This document shows positions 42,959-56,878 of a stretch of DNA of 64,000 bases, piece by piece. Within the stretch, counting starts at the first letter, position 1. Every line of letters begins with the position of its first letter. The stretch spans positions 1 to 64,000 of the forward strand of contig CAXHJY010000461.1 in assembly GCA_964016885.1 (NCBI GenBank). The letters are read 5' to 3'. This DNA comes from Eledone cirrhosa. Its lineage: Eukaryota. The notes beneath the pieces were generated by a model that ran no database searches, was not told where the DNA came from, and worked only from the letters and a program-made list of their open reading frames with translations. The position numbers were made by a program, and so were the translations under genes.

Positions 42959-45900
42959 GAAGGTGAAGCCACACTTCTCGGCTCCAGTTTTTTTTTCAAC
43001 TATATACATCTATTTCGACCGTTTCTAAACTTCTGTTCAAGTTTTAAACTTGATAAGAGTTTAGAGGAAGTGACCCGCTTAATACAGGGGTTTCACTTGT
43101 TAATAATACGACACCCCATAAAGGGGTGTCGTATTATGTAAAATTTACTTGAAATAATTTTCATTCAAACATGGATACCAGCAAAAAGAGAGAACGCCAT
43201 CAGACAACACAGAGAGAGGAAGAAGTCAACAAGACGGTGTTCGAGCAAAGATGAATACAAAAGAAATATTACGAAAGAAAAGAGAAACAATATCCTTTTT
43301 AATGATGTTTCAGATTTAAAAAAGCCAAATAGTACTGACACAAACAACACCATCAATAACGGCGATAAGGTCGAGAAAGACAATAACAACAGTAACCAGC
43401 AGCAGTATCAATGAAAACAACAATAACAGTAAGAACGATCCTAGCACCAACAACAAGGGGCCACTTCTTTTGCAGGTGTGGCCCGAAATATAGAAACAGT
43501 GCTAGTCACGGAAGAGGAGATAGCAGTCGCAAGGGCCATGGTGACAAGAAATGCCAATCAAGTCTCCCTGAAACCTCCACCCGATTTTTTTCAAGGACCA
43601 GCAGCTACGGACGGTGATTTACCGCACTGTAAGCAAAATATCACATCATGTGGAGAGAGCCATGGTGGCTCAAATTCAAAAGGCCTTGGAGTGCGTCTGG
43701 GCATGCAAAACCCACATCACCCGAAGCAAAAAGTATGCCTAAGTAGACGTACTTTTGCCACCCCCGAAAAGACAAAGTCTCACTCTTTGGTAACCCTAAA
43801 GAGTGAGGAGATAGTCTTGGTGCCCTCCTACTGCGGGCAGAAAATTGTGAGGGTGAAAGTGACCCAGGTCCCGCCCGACGTGCCCATGCCGTGGCTGGCC
43901 ACATCTGTACTTGCTGGAATCGAGGACAGGAAGACCGTGCTGCATGTACATATAATGGGGAGGGAGAACTGGTCAGGTATAGGCATGTAAATCTAATACA
44001 AACTGACCAGGAGTTTATCGAGGCTATCCCGGACATCATAGACCTCGAGGAAGGAGTCCAATTCCCTATAAGTGTGGAAGCAAGGCTCCCAAAGTGCTAG
44101 CTCTGGGTCTAAGGAGCCTTTTGCCCGCAGAAGACTGTGAAGAAGAAGACGTCCCTCCTTCCAACACCTGGTCCGCTGCTACCAAGATCAGGGCAGGCAG
44201 CAGACCCTTCCATGCGGAGTAGGAGAGCAACGTCTGTGACACCCATACCAAGGCCTCGGACAACTAAAACAGTGGCAGCAGTTGAGGCAACACCAATAGC
44301 TACATTTGCAATAGCTGCACCAGCAATAAAATCGCCAGAGAGGGCTATACTACCACCACCAACAGCCATGAAGCACATACCCCTCCCAGATGCCAAGAAA
44401 TCCGACATAGAGTGTGAGGCGGGAGTGAAGTGGCAAGAGGTCTGCCACAAAAAAAAAGGAGCCCTGAGCTTCGCCTCCAAAAGCGAGGACAAACAGAGAG
44501 GGGTAAAGGCTGCAAGGCAACTTTCAGCATCACCGCAAACACAGCAAAGCACACACACCCAACAGCACCCCACCCCCAAACAAAAAAATTTACACAGCCA
44601 TAAACATTGCAAATAAAGAACTTATGGAACATATAAAGCAGCACACATTCATTACAGACAAAAATTACCATACCCCACCAACACCAAGAACATTACTAAA
44701 AAATATAAACATCATTCAAATCAAACTGAAACAATATAAACTTTTGAAACAAAAGAGAATATACACAGACATCCATGACCAGCTGAAGGGATGGTTCTAC
44801 TGTCCCTTCCCCACACGATCAAGGTAAGTGATCCTTTCTCACTTACCCCGTTCCTCACCCGGCATGGCCGTACTCAGAATAGGCAGTGTAAATGTATGTG
44901 GCTTGGGATCATCTTGGAAGCAGGGTCACCTGCTCAACGATCTCAGGTCACTAAACATAAATGTGGTGGCCATCAGCAAGACCAGAATCTCCGAAGCATG
45001 AGCCTTTGCACTGTTCTTCGGCAGCTACGATGTATACACATCTCCCAGCCGTCGGGGAGAGGAGTTGCTGTGCTTTTTCGGAGAGGCTTGGATCTCGCCA
45101 TACGGACCATCTTCCTGGATCCAGAAGGTAAGTCAATGATGCTGGACATGACCGGCAGCGAAGGTAATGCTTTCTGGCTAGAAGCCGTCTAAGCCCCAAT
45201 AGGGGCAAGGACGGCCAAATTTCTTTAGATGTCTAGAGACCTTTCTTGGAATGTTCCGCTCTTTAGTGTTAGTGGGCGACTGGAACGGTATCTTGGATGC
45301 ATGCTGGGATTATGTGGGGCTAGTAGACAGAGGAGGAGGGTGTAAAAGACTCAACAACCTGCTCAGACGGTTTCAACTGTCTGACAGGTAGAGACTGGAT
45401 TATCTAAATGTGGATATGGGCAAACTGCATTGGGTCATCCAGAGTAATTAGAGTAGAATCAATAAGGTTTAACAAAGGAGTAGTAATAGAATAGAATAGA
45501 GGACGAGCTAGAAGAGGCGTTTAGGACAGGCATTGCAACCGATGTGCTTGCGGCAAGATTGGCACTCAACCAATTCTTCAATTCAAAGTACGACGGTTGT
45601 GTTGTCAGAGCTAGAGCTTGTGCTCTGAGACACGGGATGAAAGCCATTCAATGGGCCTGAGTGGTGGAGGCGTGGCGTAGCAACATATCCACAATTCGGT
45701 CTTTGCCTGATCAAAATGGGGGCATGTTGCTTGAAACCCGAGCAGATGTGTGGCTTTTCAACAACACTTTGCTCAATTGTTCGGACTTCAGTGCATACCT
45801 CGACAGACTGTCGCGGCTCTTGACGACCACAGCGCAGTGCTTCGAAAAGCCGATAACAGCAGGTAAAATACGGGAAGCGATGTCTGACTGCATGAGGGGC

Positions 45901-46478
45901 AAATTGCCAGGTTTGGATGGTCTGCCCTACGAGCTTTATGTGTACGTGCCAGACTTGTTCGGCGACCTCTAGGCAGACGTCTACTGTCATGTGTAGGACG
46001 GATCCGGTTATCCACTGAGTCCATTGTGCAGATAGCCCTGCCATCCTCTTTTAAGGAGGAGGAAGGGCAGGCAGTTTTCATCTGCCTGGTGGTCATGGTG
46101 AAAGAGATTGTATAGTGGACAAGGTTGAAAGGATTGAATACGGACACTTTCCTCTTCGGCGAATCCCTGATTAACTTTTTCAAGTTTCACTTGAAGAGGA
46201 AAATCAGGGTGGAGAGACAAGTGCTATCTTCTAGTAAGTTTGTTGAACGGTGGGTGAAAGTGGCAAATCTTGTTCGAGTGAACGGGCCTGTTCTGAGTAT
46301 GCGCCTGTAGACTGAGGGGTGGGAGAACTGAGAGAGGGTGCTTGCCCTGGTGGTCAGGGTGGCCGTGGTCTTGTGTAAACGCCCACTGTCCCAGTCTTTT
46401 GTATTGTCCCGTATATGTCGGCCCTTGTGGCCAATAAATGAAATCATTATTATTACTATTGTTATTATTATTATAATT
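42959..46478 (+). mobile_element. Tx1-like LINE copy B (ORF1, APE, RT largely deleted, 3' end)
   Basis: LRIGSVNV.GL, LVGDWN, PGLDGLPYELY, C-terminal FVERWVKVA; tail GGCCCTTGTGGCCAATAAATGAAATC(ATT)n. Confidence 0.82.
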
Positions 46479-48290
46479 AAAGGTGAATCCATGCTTCATA
46501 TAGCCTCCAGGTATATTTGGACTGTTTACATTTATTCCAAGCGTCTCTAACCCTTCATTTGAGTTTTAAACTTGATAAGAGTTTAGAGCAAGTGACCCAC
46601 TTACCACAGGTGAGTCACTCGTATTAATATGATGCCCCTGTTAAGAGGGTGTCGCCTTAGTTAAATTTCCTCTCAAAAAACTTTTTTGCACCAACATTTT
46701 TAACATGGATACAGTTAGAGAGAGCATTGTAAGACAATACAGAGAGAGGGAGAGAGAGCATTGTATGACAACACAGAGAGAGGGAGACGATGTTGTCAAC
46801 AGTCAGGCAAGTCAACATTCTATCAAAGGTAACTTCACCAAAAAGTATTTTAAAAGAAAATAACTCGTTTTCAATGATATTGTTTTACGATCAAAACAGT
46901 TAAGTGGTTCCAACAGAAACACCAACACAACCAATAACAACAGCAACAATGATAAAAATGTAAACAGCAACGAAAATAACGACAAAATCAAAAAAAGTCA
47001 ATAACAATGAAAACAACAACAACAACAGCAGTATCAACAGAAACAACAACAACCGCACCAACTACAGCGACATATACACTTTTACTGCAGTAGCAGCCAA
47101 AACGAGGCCATTCCTCAGCATGAATCTCAGCAAGAAAAAGGGAAAGTTGGCCAGGCCTGGAAGCTCATCAAACAAGAGCAAACCTGGGCCAACTGAACTG
47201 TCCCAGCAGAAACCATAAAAGCAGTAGAAAGAAGAATGGTGCATTTCAGCCCAGACGAAAAAGCGACAATAATTGCCCAAGCCAAAATTGAAGCTGTACT
47301 GAGGTGCATCAGGGATGACACCATGTACATAGCAAGGGGCAGACAACATGGCACCATTTTGGTGTTGTTTAAGTCAGAAGTTCTCACTATTAAACACGTA
47401 ATGACCCCTTGCAAAACCAGCAAGTTTATTATGTACTCCTCCCACATGGGAAAAAGATCAGTGAAATTCCCCTACGACTAGATATGTGGTGGCTCCTGGG
47501 ATGCGTGATTGTCGAGGAGATGGATACCATCCCGATCGAGGTAATGAGAACTGGTCTGGGGTTGACCTGGAGATACTTCTCCAGATCAGGCCAGAAAAAT
47601 CCCGGACCATATACGCCTCCAAAAAGGGACAGTCCTACACATAATGACTGAAGGCAAAAGGCTGCTTTGTTTCGTTGTGGTAAAGCAACTCACTTGAGAG
47701 CATTCTGCTCTCAGCTCAAAAATGTAAGGGGTCAAAAATCTCCACTGCTGCCAACAGCTAGGACAAAAAACAACAAAGCAAATAGCACCAACAACAACAC
47801 CAGTAGGGACCATTAAAACTACACAAGGCGTCACCCAAACAAGCCCTCCTTCTTCCAAACATATACAGAGTAAACACATTCCCACTCCCCTCTGACACAG
47901 AGTCCCCAGACTTCAATTCCTCCTTATCCCCAAGTGAAGATGGGGAGGGGGGTAACCCCAAAACTAAAAACAAAAATACATCACACACCAACAAGTACTC
48001 AAAACATACCCACAGCTAACACAAACACAACACCTCAACTGTCTACAAAAACCACCAACAACACTGACACAACCACAAAAAATAAACATACACAACCACA
48101 GACAAAAATGAAAACCCGCACCTTTGTGTTGTTAAGAAAGAGCAACAAAGATCTAATGTCTCTTGCAACAGGAAGCCAACACATTGACAAAGAGGGGAGG
48201 TTTTTGGCACCTGCACCTTTAAAGTACCCCAAACACGAAAAAGAATTTGAGAAAGCTTTCCCTATGACATGGGAACCCCTAGTGCACAAT
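46479..48290 (+). mobile_element. Tx1-like LINE copy C (5'UTR and ORF1 only)
   Basis: Same 5'UTR as copies B and E; IARGRQHGTILVLFKSE; followed by a SINE-B-like 3' end at 48290-48363. Confidence 0.72.
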
Positions 48291-48363
48291 CTAATCGACT
48301 TTTACCGCCCTCCAATATTGTTGGCCTTGTGCCTAAATCAGAAACCATTATTATTATTATTAT

Positions 48364-48569
48364 CAGTGGATTGGCAGTATCGGTAGAGGGTCGGACGCTA
48401 TGCTTTGACGTATAGAGTTACGGCCCTTGCCATTCTGAGTTCAAATCCCGCCGAGGTTAATTTTGCTTTTCATCCTTACGGGGTCGATAAAATGAAGTAC
48501 CAGTAATGCTCTGGGTAATTTCTGGCCTTGTGCCAAACGTAGAAACAATTATTATTATTATTATTATTA
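48364..48569 (+). mobile_element. SINE family B, full length
   Basis: A box TGGCAGTATCGG, B box GAGTTCAAATCCC, TTTCATCCTTACGGGGTCGATAAA, (ATT)n tail. Confidence 0.88.
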
Positions 48570-48574
48570 TATAT

Positions 48575-51500
48575 ATATGTTTTCAACCAATTATGATGTC
48601 TTTTTTTTTTGGAGCTCAGCAAAAGTGGTAAATTTTCAGTTTATTTTTGTTTGTAATAATTGTTGCATTTTGTGAAAAGGGTCGTAAGACTTCCATCTTT
48701 GTCCTGTGAAGGGGGACGCTATAATATTTGAGCCTTTTACCCCAATGGTAAGTCTGCTGTCGTGTGACAGAAGCTTAAACATTGAGAGGAGGGATACGGC
48801 GAACACAACATGAACAATGACAGCAGCATCAGTGAGAGCATTAATGTTTCAAAAAGTGACAACAGCAGTAACAGCGACAGCCAAAAGACAAACAACAGAA
48901 ACAACAAAATTAACACCACAAACAAGAACATGAACAGTGACAGTACCAACAGCAACAAAAACAACCACTGTGGCACTGTGGCAAAGATAAAACCAACTGC
49001 AACAGCAATAAGAATGACGACAGCACCACCACCAACAACAACAACGACAACAAAGAGAAAAACTCTTTCGCTGTCGCAGCAGTCAATAAAAGGCCAAGCT
49101 TTAGCATGGACCTGACGAACAAAGAAAAAAAGTTGGCTCAGACATGGAAGCTCATCAAACAGGAACAAACCTGGGCCAGCTTAACTGTCCCGGCAGTGGC
49201 GAGGAGAACTCTAGTCTTTAGATGCATCTCAACTGAGACAAAAAAAGCCACCAACACTCCCCAAGCAGATGTCGAGTCTGCGCTGAGGTGCATCAGAAAC
49301 GATACAGAATACATAGCAAGGGGTAGACAATACGGCACCATCTTGGTGCTGTTTAAGTCAGAAGCCCTCACTTTGAAGCATGCGATGACCCCTTGCAGAA
49401 TCAGCAAGGTTATAATGTACCCCTCCCACATGGGAAAAAGAACTGTTAGAGTCTGCATTCCCAGGATTCCACCAGGACTAGATATGTGATGTGGTGGCTC
49501 TTGGGATGCGTGATTGTGGAGGGGACATGCCGTCCCAATAGAAGTAACAAGAACAGAGAGCACTGGTCCGGGATTGATCTGGAGATACTTCTCCAGATCA
49601 AATCTGAAGAACTAAGGAAAATTCCGGAGAAGATTCGTCTCCAAAACGGGATGGTTCTACAAGTGATGACTGAGGCCACAACGCCGCACTGTTTCGTTTG
49701 CGGTGAAACAACACACTTGCGAGCCTTCTGTCCTCAGGTATTGAAAAATGCAAGGGGTCAAAAGTCTGTGCTGTTGCCGATGTTGGGGCCTCAAAAACAA
49801 CAGCATGAACACCAGCGACCACCAGCAAAACCAACAACAGCTACAGAACCACCACAACCAATAACAAAGGCAAAGACCACTCAGAGGCCACTCCAAAGAA
49901 GCTCTCCTGCCTCCCCTTCTCGAACACACACATACACATTGAAACACTTACATCTGACACAAACACAGCAACCTCTTCATCACTGAGCGAGGATGAGGAA
50001 GAGCACCAACAACTGAAAAAACAAAAAAGAAATCTCACTCAGCAAACAAAGAAGACACTTGCACCAAACACAGACACATACCATAATACCCACCCCTGCA
50101 ACAACACAATACCCACCTCCACCAACAACTAAAACACACACAGCAACAACTCACAACCACGACACCACCTAACTTCTTTTAAAGAGATTCCCAAAGCCCC
50201 CCCAACCAGGCATGGAGGTCAAACCGCCCAACCTCCAACAGCACCCTGGGAGTAAGTAACCCTCTTTTTTTTTTACCAACATGGTCATATTAAGAGTAGG
50301 AAGTTTAAATGTTTGAGGCCTGGGGTTGCCTGCTCAATGACCTCAGGTCTCTAGAAATGGATGTAATTGCTGTCAGCGAGACCAGGATTTCTGACGCGCG
50401 CACTACCCCCCCCATGTTCGACGACTATCAGATCTTCGCATCTATTAGTTGGCTGGGAATGGGAGGTGGGGGTGGCAGTGTTGTTTAGGAAAGGCCTGGA
50501 TCTCAAGGTAAGGTCGATCTTCCGGGACCCGGGATGGTAAGTTGGTGGTCCTGGACGTGAGCAATAGCGAAGGTGACGCTTTTAGACTGATAGCCGTCTA
50601 TGCTCCTGGAGGGCCAAATTTCTTTAAATGCCTGGAAACCTTTCTAGGTAGTCTTGCTCTTTACTGTTAGCAGGGGGACTGGAACGGCATCTTGTGAACC
50701 TGGACCAACCACATAGGGTCATCTAGATTGTATACGGACAGGATTTTCATTAAGGAAATAGATAGAAATAGTATAGACTGTCCACGTTTTAAAACGGTCT
50801 CCTATTCAGATCACAAGTTTGTGATCTGTATGGTCGACCTATATAAGACGCGTAGTTTAGGACCTGGTTACTGGAAGAGGAACATGTCGTTTCCGGCACG
50901 TAAGGCTTATGGGGACCGGATCAACAATTTAGTTAAGCAAAAGTTGACGGGGATGGGGGGATTGTCAACAATAGGTGGTAGTGGGGCTCTCAATAGAGAG
51001 ATTAGAGTAATTTCGATAGGGTTTAGCAAAGAAGTAGTGTTAGAGAAGAATAGAAAGGAGGGGGAGCTGGTAGCTAAGTTAGACAAGGATATTTGTAGTG
51101 GCATTGAAACTGACATGCTAGCGGCGAGAATGGCATTAGACCATTTCTTCAATGAGAAACATGAAGGTTGCATTGTCAGAGCTAAGGCGTGTGTTCTGAG
51201 AAACGAGGGAACCAAAGCTGTTTGATGGGCTCACGTGGCGGAGGCACAGCATGGTAATAAAACCTCAATTCGGTCTTTGGCGGACCAAGACAGGCACGAG
51301 CTGAGCAATTCCAAGCAGATGCGTGAGGCCCTTCGCCAGCACTTTGCTAGGTTGTTCGGGGAAGTGGCGGGTCAGAGACAATAGCGGACTTCAGTCCCTA
51401 CCTCGATGGCTTGCCTCGCCTCTTGACAGCCAATGCTGAACGCTACGAAGGGCCCATTACTTAAGCTGAAATTCCGGGTGCCCTTGTCGGCTGCACGAAG

Positions 51501-53600
51501 CACAAGCCACCTGGTTTGGATGGTCTGCCCTACAAGCTTTACGTAAATATGCCAGGCTTGTTCTCCAATCTCCTTGAAGCGCTCTACTGCAACTGGCAGC
51601 AGAACAAGAGGGACACATTAGATAACTCCAGGCACATAACTCTGCTCAACACAGAGTTTAAGATTTTGGCCAAGGTGTTAGCGAAGAGGTTGCCGCTTGT
51701 CGTTGAGGATTTGGTTGGGGAGGCGCAAACTGGCGCAATCCTGAGACCAGGTCCATACACGACAACCTTCACCTCATGCAATAAATCATAGAGAGGGTAG
51801 GGTGTAAACCTGGCTTCAGTGGGGCTTTGATCAATTTAGATCAATCAAAAGCATTCGATATGGTCGAGGATCGGTACCTGGAGGTTGTTTTCAAGGCAGC
51901 TGGCTTCGGCCCCGTCTTCAGAAGTTGGATCGCTTCAATGCACAGTGGCATCAGCTCAGTGGTCAAAGTTAATGGCCACCTCTTGGAACCGTGTCAGATC
52001 TCCCGATCGGTCCGTCAAGGGTGCCCTCTCTTCTCCCTTCTGTACGTATTGAGTTTCAAGCCTTTACTGCGGAAGCTCGAGCTGTTGCAGGGCATCCTGC
52101 TTGAACCAGGACGTGGAAAGGCTGTGTCGGCTTATGCGAATGACATTACAGTGATGGTGTCGGACACCTCGGAAATCAAGGCGGTCAGCACCTTATTGGA
52201 GGAATATGAAAGGTTGAAGGGAGCGAAACTTAACCCAGAAAGTTGGTGGGCTTCTAGCTCGACACGCGGAGTGTCACGTCCATGCCGTCCAATAGTACCG
52301 GGCGCAAGATGGACAGACCAGTCAAGTTGCTTGAGGTTTGGTTTGGACCAGACCTCCAGGTGGATAATTGGGATGAGGTAGCCAGTCTCACCCAGAAATG
52401 GGCTGCAAGGAAGCTATCACTGAAATGTCGGGCGGAGGTGGAGTTTGCGCGCGTACATCGCGTCTGTCATCTACTGCCACCTGACCATCGTGCCTTGCCC
52501 CCATCCACCTCCCGCCAAGTTGGAATGGCTCCTCTTCAAATTCTTGTGGAGGGGACAGGTTCCGTTGGTCCATCTGCTGCCAGCACCCTCTACATGGGGG
52601 GCTGGGAATGCCATGGCTAATGATGTGTTGAGGCTGTGGCATCTCCAGATATTCTGCCTAAACAGTGAACTGGTGTGGTTGCCGTTTGTCAGATGGGCCT
52701 TTCCATAGCTCATCTCTTTGACTGAGCTGCAGTCCTGGGTCAAGACGAGACCGAGACTGGGTAACTGGCATCTGGAATGTTGCCAGGCACCCACTTCCCT
52801 CTGCCAGGTGGTCTTGAGTTCTATAGAGGATTAGTGATGAGCAATTGCGACGACGCACTTGGAGAGGCTCTGGGCGTCGACAAAGTTGAACTGACTAGTC
52901 TGTTCCAGAGGTCTTTTGAGCTGGGGACGATGGATAATTTCCAGAAATCCCTCACCTTGCACCAGGAGGCAATGCCTGTTTAGGATAAACTCTACAGGCA
53001 CAGAAGTACTGTCAGACAGACCTGTCTGTGATGAGTGCAGAGCAACAAAACAATTCTGCATGCACTCGTCCAGTGACCGTGCATTACTGACTTGTGGAGT
53101 TATGTCGAACAGCTGTTGTCGTGTGTAGAATGGTTCCGGCTATCGGCCAAGTCCATAGTGGAGATCGACTCACCGCCTTCTTTTGGCCAGGAAGGGCAGG
53201 CATTTTTCCTCTGTCTGGTGGACCAGGTTGAAAGGACTAAAGACAGACACTTTTCTCTTCGGCCAATCCCTCATCAACTTCTTCAAGTTTCACCTGGAAA
53301 GAATGGTGAGGGTGGAAGGAGAAGTGCTCCCCCCCCCCCCCCAGTATATTTACTAAAAGATGGGTGAATGTGGTGTGAATGGCCCATGTGAGTAGGCCTA
53401 CTCTGATTATGCGCTGTAGGCTGGTGGATTTGAGGGATTGGGGAATTCTCATTGAAATATTTTTCTTATTATCTTGTTATTGTTATTTATATTTTTTTTA
53501 CACGTTTTATATATTACCCCCACTGTCCCTGTCTATTCTATTCTTCCCTATATGTTGGGCCTTGTGGCCGATAAATGAAACCATTATTATTATCATTATT
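48575..53600 (+). mobile_element. Tx1-like LINE copy D, near full length, degraded
   Basis: ORF1; APE (GDWNG, YSDHKFV); RT (ITLLNTEFKILAK, LDQSKAFD, VRQGCPL, AYAND); tail GGGCCTTGTGGCCGATAAATGAAACC(ATT)n. Confidence 0.88.
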
Positions 53601-55410
53601 GAAATGTTTCATATTGGCTCCAGATTTTTTTCAACTGTGTACATTTATTGGGACTGCTTCTAACCTTTTATTCAAGTTTTAAACTTGATAAGAGTTTAGA
53701 ACAATGGTGCCACTGAAAAAAGGGACCATTTTTTTCGGAATGTAGAGACAGTGATAGTCACAGAGGAGGAGATGGTGGTTGCAAGGGCGATGGTGACTAG
53801 AAAAGAAAATCGAGTCTCCCTGAAAACTCCACCTGATTTTTTCAAAGACCAACAGCTGTGTACAGTGACATATCGTATGATAAGCAAAAAATCACACTGG
53901 GTGGAGGGAGCCACGTAGGCTCAAATTCAAAAGGCCTTGGTGTGTGTGTGGTCATGCAAAACCCACATCACCCGAAGCAAAAAGTATGCCACCATGGACG
54001 AGCTTTTTGCGACCCCCCAAGAGGCGAAGTCTCACTCCTTGGTGACCCTAAAGAGTGAGGAGATGGTATTAGTGCCCTCCTACTGCGGGCAGAAGATTGT
54101 GAGGGTCAAAGAGACTCAGGTCCTGCCCAACGTACCCATACTTTGGCTGGCCGCAGTTGTTCTCACCAGAATCGAGGACAGGATGACCATGCTGCAAATG
54201 CAGAGAATAGGGAGGGAGAACTGGTCAGGTATTGAAATGCAGATGCTAATCCAAACTGACCAGGAGTGTATCGAGGTTATCTCACACGTTATAGACCTCG
54301 AAGAAGGAATTCAACTCCACATAAGCGTGGAAGGAAGCCAGCCAAAGTGCTATCTCTGTGGGTAGAAGGGTCACCTCAGTGCTTTTGCCCACAGAAGTCA
54401 GCAAAGGAGAAGGCTCCCTCCTTCTGAAGGCTGGTCCGCTGCTACCAGGTCCTTCCGCAGTGGGTAGGAGGGCAACATCCATGGTACCCATATCAAGACC
54501 ACAAACAACTAAAACAGTGGCGGCAACACCAACAGTTGCATTGTCGCTGGAGCAGGCTCCATTACCACCACCAACAGCCGTGGAGCTCAAACCCCTTCCA
54601 GACTCCGCACACTCCAACATGGATTGTGAGGCTGGAGTGGAAAAAGGTCTGCCACAAAAAGAAAAGGAAAAACCCCTTAGCTTCGCTTTCCAAAAGTGAG
54701 GGCAGACAAAGAGGAGTAAAGACTGCAAGGCAACTTGCAGCAACACAACCAACAACAACCACTGCATCACCACAAACACCAACATCACAAACACAACAAG
54801 GCATACACTCCCAACAGCAGCAACAAAACCAAATCCCTTCCCAAAAACTTACACAGCCATAAACATTGCAAATAAAGAATTTATGGAACATATAAAGCAG
54901 CACACAGACATTACAGACAAAAATTACTACACTCCACCAACACCAAGAACATTACCAAAAAATATAAACATCATTCAAATCGAACTGAAACAATATAAAC
55001 TTTTGAAACAAAAGTCACTCTCCAAGAGAATATACATAGACATCATCTTGTAGACATCCATGACCAGCTGAAGGGATGGTTCTACTGTCCCTTCCCCACA
55101 TGATCAAGGTAAGTGATCCTTTCTCACTTACTTCGTTCCTCACCCGGCATGGCCGTACTCAGAATAGGCAGTGTAAATGTACGTGGCTTGGGATCATCTT
55201 GGAAGCAGGGTCACCTGCTCAACGACCTCAGGTCACTAAACATAAATGTGGTGGCCATCAGCAAGACCAGAATTTCCAAAGCACGAGCCTTCGCACCAAT
55301 CTTCGGCAGCTACGATCTATACACATCTTCCAGCCGTCCGGGAGAGGAGTTGCTGTGCTTTTTCGGAGAGACTTGGATCTCACCATACGGGCCATCTTCC
55401 TGGACCCAGA
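53601..55410 (+). mobile_element. Tx1-like LINE copy E (5'UTR, ORF1, APE start)
   Basis: Closely similar to copy B; MAVLRIGSVNVRGLG. Confidence 0.82.
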
Positions 55411-56878
55411 AGTTCCACATGACAAAGTAAGACGCGCGAGAAAGTGTGACCTGAAGGTAAATTATGCCATCACACCGACTAAAAATAACTCCTGTTCAGA
55501 CACTTACACCGCTCCCACCACTATAACCAACAACAACAACAAAAGCAGCAGAAAGCAGGCAGGAGCCGCCCAAGTGCAATATCCTTCGCGAAGGCTGCCA
55601 AAAACATAGAAAGAAATCCACGTCAGTGACAGGGAGGTGAGGGAGGTCAAGCTTTTGGTCAAGAAGAGCGGACACAGGGTCAGCCTCACCCATCCACCCG
55701 ATGTTTGTGTTTTGTCTCATACCATAGAACTGGACTCGGATCACACTGATGTTGAGGAAACAGGGGATAGAGCTGATTATCCAGTTGAACTATGAGAGCA
55801 TAGAGGCCATCCTTGTGATTGACCTGGACAAGGGCAGCCATCTACTCATGACTGTTGAAGGTAGAAGGCCGAGGTGTAATGGGTGCAGAGATAAAATGCA
55901 CCTAAACGCCTTCTGCCCAAAACTAACCAGGTGGACACATGTCACCCCTTCTCCCTATACTTGGTGTGGCCAAACCATCTGAGGCTGCAGTAGCAGCAAA
56001 ACTACCAGCACCAGTCACACCAACAATAGAAACACAGTCTCTACCACCAAGACCACTGGAGCGCATACCCCTTCCTGATAAAGCACAATCGGACAAAGTG
56101 TGATGACGCTGTAGGGTGGAAAACTGTCGGAGCGAGATAAAAAAGAGAGAGCTCCCACCCTTCGCCCTCAAAAAAAAAAAGAGGATGAAAAAACAAAAAG
56201 AAGTGAAGACATCAACACCCCCACAACCACCTTCATTATCATCAGCCCCATCGCCACTTCCATCAACACCACAGCAAACACAGAAAGCACCAACATCCCA
56301 ATAGCAGACATAATTCACAGCTATAGACACAGACAACAAAAAGCTTTTAAATTACATACAACTCAACACCAACATCTCAGAAACAAACCCTCAAAATTGC
56401 ACCTCCCATATACATAAAAATAGTCAAAATTTCACAGAAGATATATGCAACTTCAAAGAAAATGTTCTTCAAGGCAATTGTAGACTATTGAGGGACCCTC
56501 ACAAAAAGAATGTACTCTGATATTCCTGTGGAAAAATCCATCACTGGATCGGAGAGATGGATCACCCACCCGCTTCCTAAAAAGCCAAAGGTTAAGTTTT
56601 TATTTTTTTCCCTCTCATTTGTTTTCCTCCTATCTTATTCAACATGGCTTCTCTCAGGATAAGCAGTAAAAACACGTAGCCTGGGTTCGTCTTGGAAGCA
56701 GGGCCACTTGCTCAACCTCAGGTCACTGAACATAGATGTGGTGCCATCAGCAAGACCAGAATCTCCGAGGTATGAGCATTCGCACCCATTTTCAGCGGCT
56801 ACAAGGTGTACACATCTCTAATCCTTCCCAGATCTGGGAGTGGAGTGGCAGTGTTGTTCCAGAGAAGTCTGGATCTCT
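55411..56878 (+). mobile_element. Tx1-like LINE copy F (divergent ORF1, APE start)
   Basis: VEGRRPRCNGCRDKMHLNAFCP knuckle; APE N-terminus at ~56644. Confidence 0.7.
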
